In this document: positions 36,996 to 44,411 of the stretch, piece by piece
Position numbering within the stretch: the stretch's first letter is position 1
Layout of the letters: each line of letters begins with the position of its first letter
DNA from: an uncultured virus (IMG/VR IMGVR_UViG_3300044591_001667)
Taxonomy: Duplodnaviria > Heunggongvirae > Uroviricota > Caudoviricetes
DNA: 64,000 nt
Virus record (IMG/VR): IMGVR_UViG_3300044591_001667
Direction: 5' to 3' (one strand)
The notes under the pieces: generated by a model
The model's input: only the letters and a program-made list of their open reading frames with translations
The model's database searches: none
Told to the model about the DNA's origin: nothing
Made by a program: the position numbers and the translations under genes

Positions 36996-37715
36996 TTAGA
37001 CAATCATCTCGCTGATGTCCTCGAACTTCTCAACAACTTGCTCTGTCTGCTCGACCAACTCGCCGACCTTCTCCGCCTTGTTCGGGCAGTCGTCAAACCA
37101 ATCTTCAGCATCATCATCCCAAGAGCAACGGCATCCGTCCTCGTTATCCCGAGCCTTGTAGTCAGCGTGGCTGTCTGGGATGTCCCACTCCTCGGCAACA
37201 ATCAACTCGCCGTCTTCGCTGACATACCGCACGCCCCAGCCTTGCTCCTCTTCGCAATCAAACTCGAAGGTAAGTTCTGGGTGCTGTTCAACCATTGCTC
37301 GGTAAGCACCTTCGGCAGGAGACCAAGCCGTAGAGAACTGATAACGAATGTTGCCTTTAGAACTGTTGTCCTCGAAGTAGAGGTCGCTACAGTCCCACTT
37401 AGTTCCCCAGTTGCGGATGTTCCAGTCATACCAACCATCTGACTTGAACTGCATAGAGACAGCCATCTTCTCTTCAACACTTAGTTCGTCATAGCCCTCT
37501 GGCTTGTAATCGCTTGCCCCAAAGTAAAGTTGCTTGTTCTCTGGTTCTATGAAGTTCCAAAATGAAAGTTCTTTTTCTGAAACTTCTTCTTTTGTTTCAT
37601 TTGTTTTCCAGTCCATCCAGTAAGTCGTGTGAGGCTTGGTCGCCTTCTCAACAAACTTCTTGAGGTCTTCTTCTTTTCCTGAAACAGTCATACTATTGAA
37701 TACCCAGTTTGGCAT
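36996..37715 (-). CDS. DUF1281/YubB-like ferredoxin-fold protein
   Basis: MPNWVFN, WYDWNIRNWGTKWD, FSTAWSP. Confidence 0.75.
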   Translation of the reverse strand: MPNWVFNSMTVSGKEEDLKKFVEKATKPHTTYWMDWKTNETKEEVSEKELSFWNFIEPENKQLYFGASDYKPEGYDELSVEEKMAVSMQFKSDGWYDWNIRNWGTKWDCSDLYFEDNSSKGNIRYQFSTAWSPAEGAYRAMVEQHPELTFEFDCEEEQGWGVRYVSEDGELIVAEEWDIPDSHADYKARDNEDGCRCSWDDDAEDWFDDCPNKAEKVGELVEQTEQVVEKFEDISEMIV

Positions 37716-37763
37716 TGTTTATCCTTTCGTCGTTTTTGGATAGTTCCCTTCGGAACAGTTTTA

Positions 37764-38018
37764 TTATTTCACATCTTTGCATTTATCGCAAGTGCTCATA
37801 CAACAATCGCAATAGTTTTCGTGAGAGTCGTGGGAACAGCAATCTGTATTGACAGCAACAAAATCCCACTTGGCTGTGATTTCATAATCCTCGAAGTCAT
37901 CTGAAATCCAGTCATCAAGTTTGTTGATGGCGTCGTCTTCACTCTCTGCCTCGCCCACCTCAACCACATACTCTCTGGTGAGGGTCGCATAGATTTTATA
38001 GGTCGCCATCAAAGACAC
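37764..38018 (-). CDS. Hypothetical protein with Cys-rich tail
   Basis: VEVGEAESEDDAI; start uncertain (ATG 38009 likely). Confidence 0.55.
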   Translation of the reverse strand: MSLMATYKIYATLTREYVVEVGEAESEDDAINKLDDWISDDFEDYEITAKWDFVAVNTDCCSHDSHENYCDCCMSTCDKCKDVK

Positions 38019-38193
38019 CTACGCCTTCTTTGAAATCCTCAATGAGGTCTGACAACAACCCATCAAGAAAGTTTTCGGCACGACCTTCTAGTTCGTCAGC
38101 AACTTTTTCCCACTGCTCATCTGTGATGAACGCAGAAATCATTCCCTCGAAATCATCTTTCGAGATGGTGCTTATGTTCACTACCTTTGCCAT
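37996..38193 (-). CDS. Hypothetical protein
   Basis: 65 aa; ITDEQWE; ACGACGAAGGGA upstream. Confidence 0.6.
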   Translation of the reverse strand: MAKVVNISTISKDDFEGMISAFITDEQWEKVADELEGRAENFLDGLLSDLIEDFKEGVGVFDGDL

Positions 38194-38402
38194 TTGTATC
38201 CCTTCGTCGTTTTACTTGGCATAACAAACATTACATCATCTCTCTGACAAAAGCAAGTCAGGGCGTTTCGTTGATGTCAGCAAATGCGAGGTCGAGAAGA
38301 AGAAGTTGTTTGGAAGTTTGGACTGGCCTGGGGCCCTGGCGATTTTGAGCGTGAGTAAAAATCTGAGTTGTTAGGTTTTTGCTGTGGTTCTGTGGTTTTG
38401 AG

Positions 38403-38582
38403 TTATTTGGAAGTTGAATCCTGATCGGCCGATTCACTGATCGCTTCAAGATTTTTTACCCCACGGGTACGACGACGCTTCGTGCGGCGGTCTTCAAAGA
38501 CCTGCGCTTTCTGGTTCTGCACGTAGTTTCCAGGCACGCCTTTGATGCGACGCTTGAGTTCATCCCGTTCTTTTTTACCCAT
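38403..38582 (-). CDS. Small basic protein
   Basis: Start reassigned to ATG 38582 (TATTAT-N6-ATG); FEDRRTKRRRTR. Confidence 0.5.
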   Translation of the reverse strand: MGKKERDELKRRIKGVPGNYVQNQKAQVFEDRRTKRRRTRGVKNLEAISESADQDSTSK

Positions 38583-38645
38583 GCATAAATAATAAACCCG
38601 TGGGCTCGCAGTGAGCTCCACGGGCTTACCGTAGTTATTTGAATG

Positions 38646-39059
38646 TCAGATGCTCGCCGCAGCGGATCTGGCTTCCTCCACCATCTCACGGGTGAAGTAC
38701 GTGACATCGCTTATGGCACGCCGTTCCATATTTTTACCTCCGTACACCCAACTACCCGCGCCGCCAAAGAACGCTGAGCTGTGATCCGTTCCAACTTCCC
38801 AATAATCTTTTTGTGTGCGGTTAGTTGAAATTTCAAATACGTAGATGCGGTCATGCCGCTCTAAGTCCATGCCGACTATCTTGCCGCTCTCTAACTTGTA
38901 GTGCGGGTGGTCAAGAAGTCTGAACCACATAAAGTTCATTGCATCGGCTGGACTACTCGCCGCATATATCTCACCGAAGTTAGACTTCAATCCCTCGCCG
39001 TTAATATTTTCAAACACGCATTCAGGTGCGGCGTGGTACAACTTACTGGGTACTTTCAT
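38646..39059 (-). CDS. Small ADP-ribosyltransferase-fold-like protein
   Basis: LYHAAP..NINGEGL..EIYA..VFEI pattern of ART/Tpt1-like folds. Confidence 0.5.
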   Translation of the reverse strand: MKVPSKLYHAAPECVFENINGEGLKSNFGEIYAASSPADAMNFMWFRLLDHPHYKLESGKIVGMDLERHDRIYVFEISTNRTQKDYWEVGTDHSSAFFGGAGSWVYGGKNMERRAISDVTYFTREMVEEARSAAASI

Positions 39060-39176
39060 CCGTCTCCTCGTCCCGTGCCGCATCAGCCTTTTCTAGATGC
39101 GACTCAATCCAATCCTCGTGGCTAGTTCCTAGCCCGTCCCGTTCTTGGCTCTCAAGCCACTCAACATATCCACGCA

Positions 39177-39482
39177 TTACGCACGCCCGCAATCTTCGTA
39201 CGGGTACTCATGCGGTTCTAGGTCTTCGCAGGAACAGAACCCAAACAGTTCTACTTGCGTGCCGTGCGTCAGATCCGCTAGCTCGCTGTATGACATCACA
39301 ACATCTTCTCCTTCTTCGACCAGCCGCTGCCCCTTGCCTGTTCCCAAGCCGACGCCGTATGTATCAAAGTGTGGTTCACACATATTGCCCCACGGGCCGT
39401 ATGTTGTCATGCCGTCGAATCTTGCCTTCTCAGTGCAGAAGTCGCATTGAGGTAAAGCCGCTACTTTTGTAATTGTTGACAC
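39177..39482 (-). CDS. Zinc-binding hypothetical protein
   Basis: CDFC..A.FDG.T..GPWGNMC..H..GLGTGKGQ. Confidence 0.65.
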   Translation of the reverse strand: MSTITKVAALPQCDFCTEKARFDGMTTYGPWGNMCEPHFDTYGVGLGTGKGQRLVEEGEDVVMSYSELADLTHGTQVELFGFCSCEDLEPHEYPYEDCGRA

Positions 39483-39569
39483 GGGTGTCCTTCCGTCATT
39501 TTGTTAGAGCGGTTGCTCTGATAATTATTGTAGTACCTCTCTGACAAACATGCAACTCTTAAATATAAA

Positions 39570-40030
39570 AAGTTATTTCCGTGTCGCGCCGCTCTGCAGC
39601 TCTAGGCCGCACGCCAAAGTTATTTGAAAGTTCGACAGCTTCGGGCCCGATCCGATCAGATTTTTTTACCCCCCGTAAAAGCCTGGCACCTGGTGCTGCA
39701 CCTGGGATGGGAAAAAGTTATTTGGAAGTTGCAAGCTGAAGGGCCCTTTTTAGTTTCGCGGCCGCTAGGTTGCGAAACCTAATCCTACTCGGTCTGTCAA
39801 GTTTTGTCAATGCTGCGGCTGAAGTTGTTCGTAAGTTGTTTAGCGATCTGGAGCTGGCCAGCTTCTGGGGGGTAAAAATTATTGATCTGGCGGCGGGCCG
39901 TCATCCCAAGTTGTTTGGATGTTGGCGGCGATCTGCAGCTACGTGCTGGTGACCTTCCTGCTTTTTCGTGCGAACGTGCGAATTAAGCTGGCCGCTGTAG
40001 CTTGGCAAAGTTATTTGGATGTTGAGATCT
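39570..40030 (+). repeat. Dispersed AAGTT(A/G)TTTG(G)A(A/T)GTT repeats about 100 bp apart
   Basis: Copies at 39617, 39715, 39822/39833, 39908, 40008; also 38303, 38400. Confidence 0.65.
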
Positions 40031-40150
40031 GGACTTAAGCTGCAGCTAAACCTCCCTGCATTAATACCGTTGTAATTTAGGTGTAAGTTACTACGTGACA
40101 TGCCGTTGTATTTATACGCACGCACAGGCGCATGCCGTTAGTATTTAAGA

Positions 40151-40336
40151 ATGATTTCGATTCTTGCGCATGCCGACCCGTCAGGTGACTGGGGTCTACA
40201 CCACGTCTTACCGTTCCTCGCCGCTTTCGCTGGAACCGTTGGGACATACCTCGTTCTAGGGCGAGCCGTTATTCGGAAGTGGTGGAAGCGTGCCGTTGGG
40301 TTGCTGCGCAGCTTTTACACACGCCGTCCGCATTAA
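40151..40336 (+). CDS. Small membrane peptide
   Basis: One TM helix plus basic tail; leaderless TAGTAT-N6-ATG. Confidence 0.45.
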   Translation: MISILAHADPSGDWGLHHVLPFLAAFAGTVGTYLVLGRAVIRKWWKRAVGLLRSFYTRRPH

Positions 40337-40467
40337 GTTCCTCGCCGCACCAGAAACAATCCGTTGTCATAGCAGGTCGTCCATCTCACTCACGCCGTCT
40401 TTTGGCACAGGTTCTTTAGTGCAGTCGCCCTCTTGCCGTCCCATGCCGTTCTCCTCTTGACAAACCG

Positions 40468-40511
40468 TTAATTACTAACTATGCTAGCACCTAGCATAGT
40501 TTAGTAATTAA
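40468..40511. promoter_or_regulatory. Near-perfect 44-bp palindrome overlapping a consensus + strand promoter
   Basis: TTAATTACTAACTATGCTAG-cac-CTAGCATAGTTTAGTAATTAA; TTGACA(40457)-17-TATGCT. Confidence 0.6.
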
Positions 40512-40714
40512 TCTATAAATCCCATGCCGCTAATGTTGCGAACAGGCTGCGGCTCATTTGATTCAAGTTTTAACAATCCGTTAACCATCTCCGCTGCTTC
40601 ATTGGCGCGAGCCGTTACCCGAATGTGTTCATCTCTTGTGCGGGCCAGCTTGATGTCGTTCTCGAGCCGCTCTGCATGCAGCTGTGCTAATTCCAAAAGT
40701 TGTTGGTTTGTCAT
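40508..40714 (-). CDS. Hypothetical protein
   Basis: 68 aa, ATGA overlap with upstream gene. Confidence 0.55.
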   Translation of the reverse strand: MTNQQLLELAQLHAERLENDIKLARTRDEHIRVTARANEAAEMVNGLLKLESNEPQPVRNISGMGFID

Positions 40715-41712
40715 CGTAGCTCGTCGAGCTCCTCGTCTGAGATGGTTGGTTGGTCAAGTTGTTCCGTTGTTGGTACTGCAGCTCCAGCTGTTGTTGGGGG
40801 GGTAAAAATTTTAGGCGGATCCTGATCCAGCTCCAGAACAACTTCCGCATCTTGTACGGAAGTGTCCGCAGCTGCGAGCTCGCCTTGAATAATGTTGGCT
40901 CCTGCTTTCAGGCGGGCAAGCCGTTCAGCAATAATTTCAGCGGGCGTACGGGAATCCTTTAACTCCACGCCGATGTCAATCTCCATACCTGCTCGCACGC
41001 CAGCACGGTCAAGTATCTCCGTTGCCGCTTTGAGGCGGACGGGTTCAGAGACAGCGGTCTCCATAAGTTCTTCAAGTTTGTCCACAGCGTATGGGGCAGA
41101 CTGTAGAAGTTTTGCGCGAGCCCGTTCGATGTCCACGCCTGTCTTTTTTACCCCGCCGAGGTGGAGGCGACACAAGCCGTCATCTTTAATCCGTCCCGAT
41201 GACCACAGCATGCAGCGCATACCCTCTGGGGTCTGGGCTCGACAGCGGGTAGGTAATGTTCTCGGCGCTCGCCGATCAGTAGGCGGGCCGCCAGCTTCCT
41301 GCTCTTTTATCCAAGCGCGGGTTGCCGCTAGTACCCAAGGGGGTACAAGTTTGCAAGCCTCTTGGTCAACAACCAGATCGAGGCCCGTCAAGTAGTCGGA
41401 GTTATTCTGAAGTGGTTCTGACAGCAGAGCTCGTTTTGCTGAGATGCTGATGAGACGCCGTTCCTTCATCTGCTCAAGCGAGCGAGCCTCGATGAGGTTG
41501 GTGGCGTGTCCGTTAGATGTGTAGACGGGAACCCATTGGTAGTTGTTGCCACGTAGGATGGCACGGTTCTCGTAGGTATCCTCAACGATGCCGCGGTCAT
41601 GCTCGATGAGTCCGAGTTCGGACAAATCGGGCCGCATATCGGAGGCCGTTTGAATTAAAGGTTCGTCTGGTTCTTTGTCAGACGGTTCATCAAAAAGTTC
41701 GAGGTCACTCAT
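40711..41712 (-). CDS. Probable terminase small subunit
   Basis: RC.A..G.RC..LC.LH.G Zn motif followed by VRLKAATEILDRAG, common in actinophage small terminases. Confidence 0.55.
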   Translation of the reverse strand: MSDLELFDEPSDKEPDEPLIQTASDMRPDLSELGLIEHDRGIVEDTYENRAILRGNNYQWVPVYTSNGHATNLIEARSLEQMKERRLISISAKRALLSEPLQNNSDYLTGLDLVVDQEACKLVPPWVLAATRAWIKEQEAGGPPTDRRAPRTLPTRCRAQTPEGMRCMLWSSGRIKDDGLCRLHLGGVKKTGVDIERARAKLLQSAPYAVDKLEELMETAVSEPVRLKAATEILDRAGVRAGMEIDIGVELKDSRTPAEIIAERLARLKAGANIIQGELAAADTSVQDAEVVLELDQDPPKIFTPPTTAGAAVPTTEQLDQPTISDEELDELR

Positions 41713-41727
41713 TTTTTTACCCCCGAA

Positions 41728-41913
41728 CTAGTCCAAGCCGAGGTGCGCTCTCAGTTCCTGACGCTTGTCGGCAAGTTGGGCTGCGTAGTACGCTTTTTCC
41801 GTTTTGGTACGGTACTCCGAGTTACGCAGCCTCTCCACCAAAGCCTCAATCTCGGCTTTAAGTTCAAGCTCTTTTTCGACGTGAGCTTCTAGTTGCTCTG
41901 GTGTCATTGCCAT
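41728..41913 (-). CDS. Small coiled-coil protein
   Basis: 61 aa in operon context. Confidence 0.55.
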   Translation of the reverse strand: MAMTPEQLEAHVEKELELKAEIEALVERLRNSEYRTKTEKAYYAAQLADKRQELRAHLGLD

Positions 41914-41915
41914 AC

Positions 41916-42230
41916 TTAGGACTTCTTCTTTGCAGGAGCCTTCTTCGCTGGAGCCTTCTTAGGCTTTGCGATTTCAGCTTCAATCTTCTTGGACACTTCG
42001 GCAGCCGCTACGGTTGCGATACGTCCAAAGGCAGGATCCTTCTTGTTAACCCAGCGGAGTGCCGTTGGGATGATAGATGCCCATAGGGCGTTGGCTACAA
42101 GTAGCCATTCGCCAGAACCGAAGTCAAGTGGGGAGCCCACTCCGCTGGTCTGGCTGACAATCATTACTGCGCCGATGACCTGACCTGCAAGGTTACGGAG
42201 GTAGGACTCGAGTGCTGCTTTGTTCATCAC
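41916..42230 (-). CDS. Probable holin
   Basis: Two hydrophobic segments, LRWVN..DPAFG, basic KKAPA tail. Confidence 0.5.
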   Translation of the reverse strand: MMNKAALESYLRNLAGQVIGAVMIVSQTSGVGSPLDFGSGEWLLVANALWASIIPTALRWVNKKDPAFGRIATVAAAEVSKKIEAEIAKPKKAPAKKAPAKKKS

Positions 42231-42446
42231 GTTATCTCTCTAAGTAGGGTTTTCTAGTTTCTACTTGAAATATAAAATAACATACATAGTTGAAAAGTTT
42301 TTTTCAAAAATGCTGTGATAAACACACTCTCTATAAAGGAAGTTACAACCCAACTGGGTTGAAATGAGCGTGATTTAATACCTTTTTTGGTCTTGTACGA
42401 CACATAAAAAATGCTGAATAAAAAGTGTTTTTATATGGCGTGTCGT

Positions 42447-42632
42447 TCACACATCGAGGAATTCTTCAAGCTTTTTTATAAGACGGCTTGAGTCATCTAC
42501 AAATTGGTTTTTGCCTTTGGGCCAAGCACTCTCATTGAGTTCTCGGTGTCGGTGCCACCCACCTGCTCGAGCAATTCGAAGAGCGGTTATGGCTTCCTCT
42601 TTGGTCAGAGTGACTTTTTCCTTATCGCTCAT
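42447..42632 (-). CDS. Hypothetical protein
   Basis: 61 aa ORF. Confidence 0.5.
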   Translation of the reverse strand: MSDKEKVTLTKEEAITALRIARAGGWHRHRELNESAWPKGKNQFVDDSSRLIKKLEEFLDV

Positions 42633-42748
42633 TGGACTTAACCCTTTGCTGCTTGGCTTCCTGAAATTTCTTTTTGCGCTCTATGATTGATTTTTGTCTG
42701 ACCTTTTGGATAGCCAACTCTTCCTTTGTCAGGACAACTACGGTCCGA

Positions 42749-43045
42749 CTACTCATCGGGGGTGTCTGGCTTTTCGAGGATAGGCAACCGTTTCAAGATA
42801 TCGGGATCATCACCTGCAAGGACATCGATGGCTCGACGAAGACCAAGGGTGTAGAAAGTTTTATCGTCGTCACCCATGGTCGCTTCCCACTCTTGGACCA
42901 TCTCTTCGAGCTTTTTGATTTTCTCCAAGATGACCTCATTGTCAATCTGCTTATCCAATAGAGAGATTTTTGAATAGGCTTCAGGTGTTATCTCGTTGTT
43001 TTTGACCATCTCGGTAAGGGCTTTATTTAGGTCTTGAAATTCCAT
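42749..43045 (-). CDS. Hypothetical protein
   Basis: 98 aa; YTLGLRRAIDV. Confidence 0.6.
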   Translation of the reverse strand: MEFQDLNKALTEMVKNNEITPEAYSKISLLDKQIDNEVILEKIKKLEEMVQEWEATMGDDDKTFYTLGLRRAIDVLAGDDPDILKRLPILEKPDTPDE

Positions 43046-43524
43046 TAGCGTATCTCCTCAAGGCAGGTGTCACAGAGTAGGGCATCGAATCCTGTTGCTT
43101 CATAGGAGACTGTCTTGTACTCGGTAACTGCTACAGGTGAGATTCTGACATCCCCTGCTGGAGTTGCTTGAATCCCACATTTGTCACATTTTACTTCGGT
43201 AATCCACTCAACGTTTTTGTCTGCGCTGAAGGATGCAGCGATGGCTCGAGTCAGAGCGTGCTCTGCTCCTGGGCCACTGGTCTTTCGTAGGAACAGTCGG
43301 GTGTCCTCAACGAGGACGACTGGTCTGATGTTTTTGCATGGGCAGAAGTATCGAGTTGGTTGGCACTGGATTACCCCTGCTTCTGTCGAATGTTTGTTGA
43401 CTGCGTGACCACAGAGGCAGACTCTTTTGTCACGACTTGGTTTACGAGTCAGAGCTTCATCTGTCTCAACTGCTTCTTCTGGGTTTATGCCTAGAAGTAC
43501 TAATGCGTCTCTAGCGTTCGTCAT
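43045..43524 (-). CDS. Cys-rich zinc-binding protein
   Basis: CLCGH..H..C..CPC and CDKC..CDTC. Confidence 0.65.
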   Translation of the reverse strand: MTNARDALVLLGINPEEAVETDEALTRKPSRDKRVCLCGHAVNKHSTEAGVIQCQPTRYFCPCKNIRPVVLVEDTRLFLRKTSGPGAEHALTRAIAASFSADKNVEWITEVKCDKCGIQATPAGDVRISPVAVTEYKTVSYEATGFDALLCDTCLEEIR

Positions 43525-43741
43525 TGTTGTCTCTTCCGTCTCTCATGAAGTTCCAGCCCATGATGTTTCTGAACTGGACATCCGTTTCAGCTTTTTCAAT
43601 GAGTTGACCAAACATCTTCTCAAGGAACTCGCTTTTTCTTTTAGCTTCTTTGTACTCTCGAACGGCACTGATGATGAACACTGCAAACAGAACAGATAGA
43701 AAATTCACTGTCCCAAGGATTAAAATATCTACCCAGTTCAT
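43511..43741 (-). CDS. Small membrane protein
   Basis: N-terminal TM helix. Confidence 0.6.
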   Translation of the reverse strand: MNWVDILILGTVNFLSVLFAVFIISAVREYKEAKRKSEFLEKMFGQLIEKAETDVQFRNIMGWNFMRDGRDNNDER

Positions 43742-43962
43742 CGCTCATCCACCTTCAAAAGTCCATGAGCCATCAATTCACTAACCACAGATTCGGCATC
43801 TCTGGTTGCGATTTTTAACCACTCGTCTGCATCAAGTGGAACCCTTGTAGGGAACCACTCTTTCATCAAACGACCAGCAACTATGTACTTAACTCTCTCA
43901 GGAGTTATCGTCATTCCGTCTATCATAGATTTATTATTACCTACCGACTTAGTACTTGTCAA
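43738..43962 (-). CDS. Hypothetical protein
   Basis: ORF behind TTGACT-17-TACACT promoter (44020-43992); start uncertain. Confidence 0.55.
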   Translation of the reverse strand: MTSTKSVGNNKSMIDGMTITPERVKYIVAGRLMKEWFPTRVPLDADEWLKIATRDAESVVSELMAHGLLKVDER

Positions 43963-44141
43963 CCCTAAATCCCCTTCTTTTTTGACTCTTCAGTGTACTA
44001 TACACTATATCTTAAGTCAACTATACACTAGTCTTGAAGTTTTTAAGTTTCAACTCATTTCTCTGGGGGGGTAAATTTTTTTTTCATACGCGTCTAGGGA
44101 TTTAGTTAAAACTTATAAACTATAACATAGTTTTTAGTTGT

Positions 44142-44375
44142 ACTATCGTCAAAAATTCAAAAACTTTTTAATTTTTCTTGATAGTAGCGACCTTCCTGCA
44201 AAAATCACTACTATCGCCAAAAATTAAAAAACTTTTAAATTTCAACGATAGTGATAAAAAATAACTATCGCCTAAATCAAAAAACTTTTTAGCTTTTCTT
44301 GTTAGTTATTTTTGCCCTAAAAATGGCAGAAAAAAAGATACTATCAAGAATCTCCTAAGAAAAATTCTTGATAGT
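44142..44375. repeat. Four AT-rich units bounded by inverted ACTATC/GATAGT; candidate replication origin
   Basis: Units 44142-44185, 44210-44252, 44264-44306, 44340-44375. Confidence 0.7.
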
Positions 44376-44411
44376 ACAACTTAGAACTATACACTATGTC
44401 TAGAGTCAACC

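Noticed and set aside
23318..39499. GACGAAA motif as hammerhead ribozyme core
   Set aside because: No correctly placed CUGANGA with closing stems found; motif consistently sits at SD position.
38303..40030. Regularly spaced repeats as a CRISPR array
   Set aside because: Repeats are short, degenerate and non-palindromic, spacers about 80 bp and variable; no cas genes seen.
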